Shown here: positions 9,418 to 17,038 of the stretch, piece after piece | Layout: each line of letters starts with the position of its first letter | Position numbering within the stretch: position 1 is the stretch's first letter | Assembly: GCA_034189385.1 (NCBI GenBank) | Contig: JAXHVD010000005.1 | Location: forward strand, 32,001 to 96,000 | Reading direction: 5' to 3' | Source: Thermodesulfobacteriota bacterium | GTDB taxonomy: Bacteria; Desulfobacterota; Desulfobacteria; Desulfobacterales; C00003060 | Length of the DNA: 64,000 nucleotides | The notes under the pieces: generated by a model | Told to the model about the DNA's origin: nothing | The model's database searches: none | What the model saw: only the letters and a program-made list of their open reading frames with translations | Program-made: the position numbers and the translations under genes

Positions 9418-9775
9418 TTCGTTTCTGTCCCTATAAATCGCTCTTATTCCAATGAGCGGCTTTATGCGTGGGTATTGCGCCTGGGGCTTGAAAGGAACGG
9501 CTGTGATCCGCCTATGGTGGACTGACTTCGAGACTGAGGTCAGTGCTGATTCATAAGCTGTTTATACATGGGCAGTAGCTGGGTTTCGTGAGAAGAGGAA
9601 GGTGGCTGAAACCGTGGTCCTTGCAGGCAAGGGGGAGTTGCCGCTTTTTTTTATTCCGGGGCGCCCCCCTTTTACTTCATAAAGGTTGTGGTCCCCTTAC
9701 AATAGGTTTCTTTGAGTCCATGGCTTTGACTTGCCGGAGTACATTGGCCGGCCAGATTAAACAGGAGGCCTTTCA

Positions 9776-12700
9776 TTGACAGAGTCATCCATAGTAGACT
9801 TCCTTGCTAGCGTTGAGTTCTTCTCTCCTTTTATATATCGAGAACTGGAGCAATTGGCCGGATATGCCGAGTCGTTGCACTTCGAGTTTGGGGACACCAT
9901 ATGCACCTCTGGCGACACGGCCCAAGGCCTCTTCGTCATCAAGGCGGGGCGGGTGAGACTCTTTACCGAAGACAGGGGCAAAGAGAGGAGCATAGGGGTT
10001 CGCGAACCTGGGGACACCTTTGGCGAGGTCTCGGTTTTGGAAGAGCCAACGCTCGACTATTCGGCCCGCGCCTCTAGCAAGGTGGAGATCCTTTTCTTGC
10101 CTCGCCAGCCGGTCATGGATTTGTTGGCGAAAAACGAGGCAGCAAAGGGTTTTATCGCACGATATGTGGCCTTGAAGGTGAGCGGTGCTGTGGTGACCCA
10201 GCTTTTCAACCTTCGCTCCAAGGTGGACCGCGGAGAGATCGAAGAGATTATCAAGGGCATTGGCATTAAGCGCGTGAAGGCAGGAGAGAAGATCCTTGTC
10301 CAAGAGGGCGCTGAAGATCGACGGCTGTACATCGTGCGAGAGGGCAAAGTAAGTATTGTAAAGGAGGAAGAGGGTTCGGAGTATTCTTTAATGAGTCTGG
10401 GACCAGGGGAAGTGTTCGGAGAAAAGGCCTGCCTCCTTTATTCGACGCAGCCGGCTACGGCCGTTGCAGACACGGACAGTGTCCTGATGGCCGTGCCACA
10501 AGAGACCATCCACTTCATTCTGGAGCGTAATCCTGGCCTGCGGGAGGTGTTGGAGGAACGCATCCATTTCGCCGAGAAGGAATTGGAGCGGAGAAGAAAA
10601 GTTGCCGAGCGCAGGAAAAAACGTCTTCTCTTTGACATCAAGTCCAAGCCCAAAATGGGGGAGCGCATTATCAAGCGGTTTCCCCTAGTAGAGCAGGCCG
10701 AGGAAATGGATTGCGGTGCGGCCTGTCTTGCCATGATCTGCAAGTACTATGACATCCCTGTGACCCTGGGAAAACTGAGGGAGATGGCCAATGTGACCAT
10801 TGAAGGTGCTACCATGGAAAGCCTGGCACGTGTGGGTGAATCCTTGGGCTTTGCGACAAAGGGCGTCCGATGCACCTACAAATCCATGCTCAGTTTTGAG
10901 CTTCCCTTTGTAGCACACTGGGAAGGATATCACTACATTGTGGTGTACGGCATTTCCAAGTCCCATGTTTGGGCTGCTGACCCGGGGGTGGGGTTTAGGA
11001 AGATGTCCGTGTCGGAGTTTGAACAGGGGTGGACGGGCAATAACCTGTTGTTTTCCCCCACCGGGGCCCTCGCTCAGATCGCCGTTGAGCAGTCCCCCTG
11101 GCTTCGTTTTGTCGGCTATCTCAGTCCCTTTAAGAAGATCCTTCGGGACCTCATTTTTGCGTCCCTTATTGTCCAGTTGCTGGGCCTGGCCCCTCCTGTG
11201 ATCATACAGAACATCCTGGACAGGGTCGTGGTTCACCAGAACTATCACCTCCTCCATGTCATGATCGTGGGTCTGGCAATCACGATGATATTTAGCCAGG
11301 TCACGGGGTATCTCAGCGCTTACCTGTCAAATTTCATGATCCGCAAGATGGATTTCAACATGATGTCCCACTTCTATAAACATGTGCTTTCTCTGCCGAC
11401 GAGCTTTTTTGCCAAGCGGAAGGTGGGCGACATCATGGCCCGGTTTCAAGAAAATGACACCATCAGGCGGTTCATGACAGAGACCAGTATCAGGACCCTT
11501 ATAAGCACGCTGATGGTGTTTACCTATTTCATTGTCATGTTCATGTACAATGTAAAACTGACCCTTTTGCTACTCGCCTTTTTGCCGCCCATCATCCTCC
11601 TTACCCTCTTGGCCACACCCAAATACAAGGACTACGCCCGGCGCAGTTTCTATGCCGAAGCTGATGCCCAATCCCTTCTCGTAGAAACATTGGGCGGGGC
11701 AGAGACAGTGAAAGGGACAGGCATCGAGCGACCAATGCGCCTAAAATGGGAGAAAAAGTATGTCAAGACCCTGGACCTGCGTTATCGTTGCGAAATGTTC
11801 ACCAGCCTGGTGGGGACTCTGGGCCAAACGTTAAAAGCGGCCACGACGCTTACGCTATTGTGGGTGGGGTCCAGGATGGTTCTGGCCCAGGAGCTTACCA
11901 TTGGCCAATTGATGGCTTTTAATGCCCTTATCGGCAGCGTGATGACACCCCTCATGGGCCTCGTGGGGGTTTGGGATGAGCTTCAAGAAACGCTCATTTC
12001 CATGGAGCGGCTGGGCGACGTGCTGGAGCTAGAGTCTGAGCAGAAGCCAGAAGAGGTCCCCGCCAAAGTGGTGCTTCCTGACCTGAAGGGAGACATACGC
12101 TTCGAGAATGTCTATTTTCGGTATGGTGGCAAGGAAACCCCTTATGTGCTGGAAAACATCAACATGGACATTCAGGCCGATACGACAGTGGCCATTGTTG
12201 GGCACAGCGGTTCAGGTAAAACCACACTGGCCAAAATGCTGGTGGGTTTCTATCGGCCCAGTGAAGGGAAAATATTCGTTGATGGTTATGATATTGGCAT
12301 GCTCGATGTAGAGTACTACCGTGCTCAAATTGGCTACGTCATGCAGAGTAATCTCCTCTTTTCGGGAACGGTCTCTGAAAACATTGCCGTGGGTGAGCAG
12401 AATCCGGACCCGAGACGCATTGCCGAGGCGGCCAGACTGGCTGATGCCCATGGGTTTATTGGCAACTTGCCTTTGGGTTACGAACAGGTCGTTGGTGAAA
12501 GGGGAATAGGCTTGTCCGGTGGGCAGATTCAGCGCATTTGTATTGCCCGTGCCCTTTACCGTGATTCAAGATTGTTGATTTTTGATGAAGCCACATCTGC
12601 CTTGGACAGCGAATCTGAAAGTCATATCCAGATGAATATGCGAAAGATCCTCAAGGGCAGGACTGCCATTATCATCGCCCACAGACTGAGCACCGTCATG

Positions 12701-12835
12701 CATGCTGACAGGATACTGGTCCTCTATGATGGGGCTATTGTGGAGGAAGGAAACCATCAAGAGCTGTTAGAGAGAAAGGGCATGTACTTTCATCTTGTCC
12801 AGAAACAGATATCTTCGGGAGAGATTAAGTCATGA
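9776..12835 (+). CDS. Peptidase-containing ABC transporter: 2x cNMP-binding, C39 peptidase, ABC membrane and ATPase domains
   Basis: Two cNMP-like domains (PGDTFGEVS, PGEVFGEKA); C39 catalytic residues QAEEMDCGAAC, HYIVV, ADP; Walker A GHSGSGKTT, LSGGQ, DEATSALD. Confidence 0.95.
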   Translation: MTESSIVDFLASVEFFSPFIYRELEQLAGYAESLHFEFGDTICTSGDTAQGLFVIKAGRVRLFTEDRGKERSIGVREPGDTFGEVSVLEEPTLDYSARASSKVEILFLPRQPVMDLLAKNEAAKGFIARYVALKVSGAVVTQLFNLRSKVDRGEIEEIIKGIGIKRVKAGEKILVQEGAEDRRLYIVREGKVSIVKEEEGSEYSLMSLGPGEVFGEKACLLYSTQPATAVADTDSVLMAVPQETIHFILERNPGLREVLEERIHFAEKELERRRKVAERRKKRLLFDIKSKPKMGERIIKRFPLVEQAEEMDCGAACLAMICKYYDIPVTLGKLREMANVTIEGATMESLARVGESLGFATKGVRCTYKSMLSFELPFVAHWEGYHYIVVYGISKSHVWAADPGVGFRKMSVSEFEQGWTGNNLLFSPTGALAQIAVEQSPWLRFVGYLSPFKKILRDLIFASLIVQLLGLAPPVIIQNILDRVVVHQNYHLLHVMIVGLAITMIFSQVTGYLSAYLSNFMIRKMDFNMMSHFYKHVLSLPTSFFAKRKVGDIMARFQENDTIRRFMTETSIRTLISTLMVFTYFIVMFMYNVKLTLLLLAFLPPIILLTLLATPKYKDYARRSFYAEADAQSLLVETLGGAETVKGTGIERPMRLKWEKKYVKTLDLRYRCEMFTSLVGTLGQTLKAATTLTLLWVGSRMVLAQELTIGQLMAFNALIGSVMTPLMGLVGVWDELQETLISMERLGDVLELESEQKPEEVPAKVVLPDLKGDIRFENVYFRYGGKETPYVLENINMDIQADTTVAIVGHSGSGKTTLAKMLVGFYRPSEGKIFVDGYDIGMLDVEYYRAQIGYVMQSNLLFSGTVSENIAVGEQNPDPRRIAEAARLADAHGFIGNLPLGYEQVVGERGIGLSGGQIQRICIARALYRDSRLLIFDEATSALDSESESHIQMNMRKILKGRTAIIIAHRLSTVMHADRILVLYDGAIVEEGNHQELLERKGMYFHLVQKQISSGEIKS

Positions 12836-14100
12836 AAACGGGCTCTGTGGTATCCTTTGCTCGGCTCTTAGAGCGTATTGAGATTCTCCGTTCGGGCCTC
12901 CGCTGGGCCCCCCAGCTTGACCGTACGGGGGTCCAGAGGATCTTAAGGCAGGTGAACAAGTTACGCGAGGACGTCCTACTGCTTTCTGGGGTGGAAAGAT
13001 ACAAAAAGCGTATGCGTGAGAAGGCCCCGCCGAAGCCCAAGGCTGCTAAGAAGAGACTTCAGGCGCTCATGGACCGCAACTTTGTCTTTGAAGGGGTTTT
13101 TGGCGAAAACCCAAAGCTGCTGGAAGCCTTGGAAACAGTGGAAAGAGCTGCACGGACAGAGTTGCCCATCTTGATCGAAGGCGAGAGCGGCACAGGCAAA
13201 GAATTACTTGCCAAGCTCATCCACGCTGGAAGTGACCGGTCGGAGAAGACCTTTGTCTCCGTTAACTGTGGTGCCATCACCCCCAGTTTGCTGGAATCTG
13301 ATCTGTTCGGCCACGTCAAAGGGGCTTTCACGGGCTCTGTAAAGGACCGCAAAGGCAAGTTTGAGACCGCCAAAGACGGCATCATTTTTCTGGATGAGAT
13401 TGGTGAGCTTTCGGCGGAAAGCCAGGTCAAGCTCTTACGGGTGCTGGAAAGTGGCGAGATCCAGAGAGTCGGCTCAGATGAGGTCATTCGGGTAAACACC
13501 CGCGTCCTTGCAGCCACAAACCGCAACTTGTACCAGATGACGGCAGACGGGCAGTTCCGAGAGGACTTGTACTACCGTTTGAGCGTCATTTCCGTCACGT
13601 TACCCCCTCTTCGCGAGCGTACCGATGAGATCCCCCTGCTTATAGACTACTTCTGTGCCGAGGCATCGGAGAAGTTGAATCGTCCTGCTGTGAGGCTCTC
13701 TCCGCGACTCAGAAGATTTCTGCAAAAACACCCTTTTCCAGGAAACATCCGGGAGCTGCGAAACATCATCTACCGTGTAGCCTGTCTGGCCGATGAAGTG
13801 GCGGACCTAAGAGATCTGCCGGAGACCATACGCCCTTCGTCAGTGGGGCCCCAAGACGCAGTTGAAGGGCGGGCCCCAAGCCGATTTACTACCCTGGCCG
13901 AGGCCAGGAAGGCGGCTACCGACGCAGCGGAAAAAGAGTTTCTGGAAGAACACCTGACACAGACCCATGGAAACGTGACGCAGTTGGCCAAACACCTGGA
14001 GATGAATCGTTCCTACCTTCAGACGCTACTAAAGAGCCATGGGCTGCGGGCGAAAGATTTCAAAGGCAAGGCAACGTCTACAAAGAACTCTGAAAGATGA
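12832..14100 (+). CDS. Sigma-54-dependent enhancer-binding activator (AAA+ and Fis-type HTH)
   Basis: GESGTGKE, SDLFGHVKGAFTGS, FLDEIGE, FREDLYYRL, FPGNIREL, C-terminal HTH GNVTQLAKHLEMNRSYL. Confidence 0.95.
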   Translation: MKTGSVVSFARLLERIEILRSGLRWAPQLDRTGVQRILRQVNKLREDVLLLSGVERYKKRMREKAPPKPKAAKKRLQALMDRNFVFEGVFGENPKLLEALETVERAARTELPILIEGESGTGKELLAKLIHAGSDRSEKTFVSVNCGAITPSLLESDLFGHVKGAFTGSVKDRKGKFETAKDGIIFLDEIGELSAESQVKLLRVLESGEIQRVGSDEVIRVNTRVLAATNRNLYQMTADGQFREDLYYRLSVISVTLPPLRERTDEIPLLIDYFCAEASEKLNRPAVRLSPRLRRFLQKHPFPGNIRELRNIIYRVACLADEVADLRDLPETIRPSSVGPQDAVEGRAPSRFTTLAEARKAATDAAEKEFLEEHLTQTHGNVTQLAKHLEMNRSYLQTLLKSHGLRAKDFKGKATSTKNSER

Positions 14101-14122
14101 AGGGGCCCACAGGCCCCTTTTT
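14100..14122. terminator. Terminator hairpin between convergent genes
   Basis: AAGGGGCC-CACA-GGCCCCTT-TTT between the activator stop and the precursor stop. Confidence 0.75.
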
Positions 14123-14136
14123 GCTCTTTGTGACAG

Positions 14137-14364
14137 CTAAGCGCCCCAGCCGCCCCATGGCATGCCCCAGCCGCCCCATGGGTTTCCCCACCAGCCGGTA
14201 CCCCAGGAGGTGGAGCTGCTGCTTCTGCCGCCGCCGCCCCAGGGGGTCCACCACCAGCTCGAGCTGGAGCGCTGACTCCACCACCAACCGCCTGTCAAGC
14301 TCTTCAACGCCTCTTTGTCGAGCTCCATGTTCTTTTCCAGGTCCTTAACTTCAATGTTTGCCAT
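14137..14364 (-). CDS. Double-glycine-leader secreted peptide precursor with Trp/Ser/Gly-rich core (75 aa)
   Basis: RBS AAAGGAG; leader MANIEVKDLEKNMELDKEALKSLTGG aligns without gaps to the leader at 2172 (10 of 26 identical); own sigma-54 promoter. Confidence 0.9.
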   Translation of the reverse strand: MANIEVKDLEKNMELDKEALKSLTGGWWWSQRSSSSWWWTPWGGGGRSSSSTSWGTGWWGNPWGGWGMPWGGWGA

Positions 14365-14430
14365 GTTCTATCTCCTTTCTTCTGATGTTTGTTCAACTCG
14401 CTCTTTCTTGAGGATCCGTCTCTAGACGTA

Positions 14431-14447
14431 TGCACTGCTCATGCCAG
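14431..14447 (-). promoter_or_regulatory. Sigma-54 (-24/-12) promoter
   Basis: CTGGCATGAGCAGTGCA with GG-N10-GC, about 65 bp upstream of ATG 14364. Confidence 0.85.
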
Positions 14448-14557
14448 GTCGGGGTCTATCAGGCCATCCATCATGATAACGCTTTATAATTAATAGCTAA
14501 ATTGATGATGGAATCTGTCTTGCCTTGCAACCTATTGCAGCTAGTCCTTTGTTTTTT

Positions 14558-14620
14558 TGGTGTCTTTTACCCAACATAATCAACGGGGACTTGGAGGCAA
14601 GTGTTGGCTCCATCCTAACA
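14558..14620. promoter_or_regulatory. Paired upstream activator sites
   Basis: TGGTGTCTTTTACCCAACA (14558-14576, 112 bp from the -24 box) and TGTTGGCTCCATCCTAACA (14602-14620), 44 bp apart. Confidence 0.6.
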
Positions 14621-14712
14621 ACGTGTTGCCAGGCCCCTTCCCACTGCTTGGCATCATTGCGACCTCCCGAAAAAGAGCGGATTTTCTGCCTGGCCCACGT
14701 CCATTCTTTGAT

Positions 14713-14764
14713 TGTTTGCAAAAAAGTAACATTTTGGTTTTCATTTGTTCTTCTAAACACAACA
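14713..14764. promoter_or_regulatory. Paired upstream activator sites for the rightward promoter
   Basis: TGTTTGCAAAAAAGTAACA (14713-14731) and TGTTCTTCTAAACACAACA (14746-14764), 33 bp apart; the proximal site is 111 bp from the -24 box at 14875. Confidence 0.65.
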
Positions 14765-14873
14765 CAAACCAGACGTGAAGATTGGTCAAGTCGATCTGAA
14801 ACGACTTGCCGGGTTCGACATTTAATAGACATGATAACTGCTTATGGAAGAGCATGGGGGGACAGCCCGTAGG

Positions 14874-14890
14874 TTGGCACGGTAGATGCG
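14874..14890 (+). promoter_or_regulatory. Sigma-54 (-24/-12) promoter facing the kinase operon
   Basis: TTGGCACGGTAGATGCG with GG-N10-GC. Confidence 0.82.
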
Positions 14891-15140
14891 ATGTAAATGA
14901 AACGAAGGAACCCTGAGGGGGCGAGGCGGATCTTCTCTGACTAAAGGTCGCTGCCGGTCTGCATGGCAGAGGCACCTACAGTGGTAGGTGAAAAAAGAGG
15001 GCACTGGCGGCATCGGGGGCAGAGCGGAGAGGGGTCCGAATGTTCTTGGCTCCATGAGGGTGTGGCCATTTTTTTGAGGCCAGCCGGCTATTGTTTTTTT
15101 GGAATCTTTGGTATATGAGATGACATAGTGAGGGGAAATA

Positions 15141-16952
15141 GTGGCTCTAGCCAATGAAATCTGCACGTACTACTCTGTGCAGTTTACTCCTCAGATACCG
15201 CAGATAGACTGGCCTCTTATGTCCGAAGATGAAACCAAAATTAAGTCAGCTCTTGGTAAGAAGTATGAGATCAAGAGCCTGATCAACAGCGGAGGGATGG
15301 GTGCCGTCTACTTGGGCATCCATCGGGCCCTCGATAGGCCCGTGGCTATAAAGATCATCCATCAGGAGTTGAGCAAGGATGAGCAGCTCAGGAGGAGGTT
15401 CTGCCAAGAGGCCAAGTTGGCCGCAAGTCTCGATCATCCTGTCATCATTGACGTATACGATTTTGGCAGCAAAGATGATTTTGACTATATCATTATGCCC
15501 TATGTTGAGGGTAAAACGCTCCAAGACCGGCTCAAGGAAGCGGGCAAATTCGGAGTGCAGGAATGCTTAAGATTGATGATCAAACTAACAGATGCCCTTT
15601 GTTATGCACACAAGAAGAACGTGGTGCATCGGGACATCAAGCCATCAAATGTCATGATAGATAACCATGGACATCTTGTTCTCACTGATTTCGGCATCTC
15701 CAAGGACATGGGGGATCTTGGGCTTACTGTTCCCGGGAAAGTGCTCGGATCGCCGAAATACATGAGCCCTGAGCAGATTAGAGGGGAGGATGTGGACGGC
15801 AGAAGCGATCTGTACTCCTTGGGCTTGGTTTTCTACGAAATGATTACGGGTAAACATCCTTTTGAGGGCAAGGATGCCACCTCCATTTACTACGCCCAGG
15901 CCCACGAGATTCCCCCCAGGCCGGAAGAGTCTGTACTCGAAATCCCCGGTCAAGTGGGGGATATCATCATGAAGCTCCTTGAGAAGTCCCCGGAACAAAG
16001 GTACCAAGACAGTGGTCAATTGCTGAGGGATTTGGAGGGCCTTGGCCCTGGTCCTCCCAAGGAGCTAAGGATAGATGTCGATGCAACGTTGGTAGACCCC
16101 GAAACAGGACCTGATGGGAGGGGCAAGCCTTCTGCCCAGGACGCGAAGAAAGAAATCTCTCCATTAGGAAGGCCCAATGAAATGGCCGACGGTCTTGCCG
16201 AACAAGCACAGCCTTCGGCGAAAGACAGGAAGACTCCCAGATGGATGGTCCCTGCACTGGGAGCGACTCTAGTAGTTGTGGTCGGCATTGTGTGGGTCAT
16301 GCTCATGCCATCGACAAAAGACCCTGGGCCAAGCCCGACAGACAATCAGTCTCCACAAAGCCTTGAGAAAGAAAATGGGTCAAGCCTCTCTTCAATGGGT
16401 GTGGAAGTCCTCAAATCGGAAACGGAGAAGGAGTTGAGCTCTGAGCTGACTCAGGGTCTGGGGGCCAAACCCTCATTCGATTCAGTAGTAGAACGCTTGC
16501 TGGTCCTTGCTCAAGACAGAGAGGCCGTCTTTCTTCGGCTGTCAGTAGACAAGCCGAATTTTAAAATCGGCGAATCCATTTCCTACCATTTTCGATCAGA
16601 CAAGGCCTGCTATTTGGCATTGCTCAGTCTTACCACCGGCGGGGAACTCATTCAGGTTTTTCCCAACAAGTTCAACCCGGACCAATATATAGAGGCGAAA
16701 AGGGATTATGCCATTCCTGGAGAGAAGATGGATTTTGAATTGCATATTACAGGGCCGCCAGGGGAAGAAGAGCTTCTGGCCTTCGCAGCCGATGCGCCCT
16801 TTGACCTTTTCTCTGCCAGCTTTGAAGCTCAGCCCTTCTTCCAGGTGGACAAGGGTGACCAAAGGATACTGGATAGAATCATTAACAGAATACAAGAAAT
16901 GGAGAGAATCAACGTCGCACAGAGGCGTGTAAGCTATACAATAAGTGACTAA
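15141..16952 (+). CDS. Hanks-type Ser/Thr protein kinase with TM helix and C-terminal DUF4384-like domain
   Basis: GGMGAVY, VAIK, HRDIKPSN, DFG, YMSPE, SDLYSLG; TM helix near aa 370-390; C-terminal FKIGESISYHFRSDKACYL...QVFPN. Start is GTG 15141 or ATG 15219. Confidence 0.93.
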   Translation: MALANEICTYYSVQFTPQIPQIDWPLMSEDETKIKSALGKKYEIKSLINSGGMGAVYLGIHRALDRPVAIKIIHQELSKDEQLRRRFCQEAKLAASLDHPVIIDVYDFGSKDDFDYIIMPYVEGKTLQDRLKEAGKFGVQECLRLMIKLTDALCYAHKKNVVHRDIKPSNVMIDNHGHLVLTDFGISKDMGDLGLTVPGKVLGSPKYMSPEQIRGEDVDGRSDLYSLGLVFYEMITGKHPFEGKDATSIYYAQAHEIPPRPEESVLEIPGQVGDIIMKLLEKSPEQRYQDSGQLLRDLEGLGPGPPKELRIDVDATLVDPETGPDGRGKPSAQDAKKEISPLGRPNEMADGLAEQAQPSAKDRKTPRWMVPALGATLVVVVGIVWVMLMPSTKDPGPSPTDNQSPQSLEKENGSSLSSMGVEVLKSETEKELSSELTQGLGAKPSFDSVVERLLVLAQDREAVFLRLSVDKPNFKIGESISYHFRSDKACYLALLSLTTGGELIQVFPNKFNPDQYIEAKRDYAIPGEKMDFELHITGPPGEEELLAFAADAPFDLFSASFEAQPFFQVDKGDQRILDRIINRIQEMERINVAQRRVSYTISD

Positions 16953-17038
16953 AAGGAGCTCAGCTACTGATTCTTTTTGATCCCTCTGCCAGGCAGGCTC
17001 CTCCGGACCATGAGTCACAATGAGAAAGGAGTACACAC

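Noticed and set aside
9623..9652. Hairpin plus T8 tract before the transporter gene
   Set aside because: Core stem is only 5 bp; too weak to call a terminator or attenuator.
14097..14348. Plus-strand 83-aa ORF after the activator
   Set aside because: Runs through a terminator and is antisense to the Trp-rich precursor.
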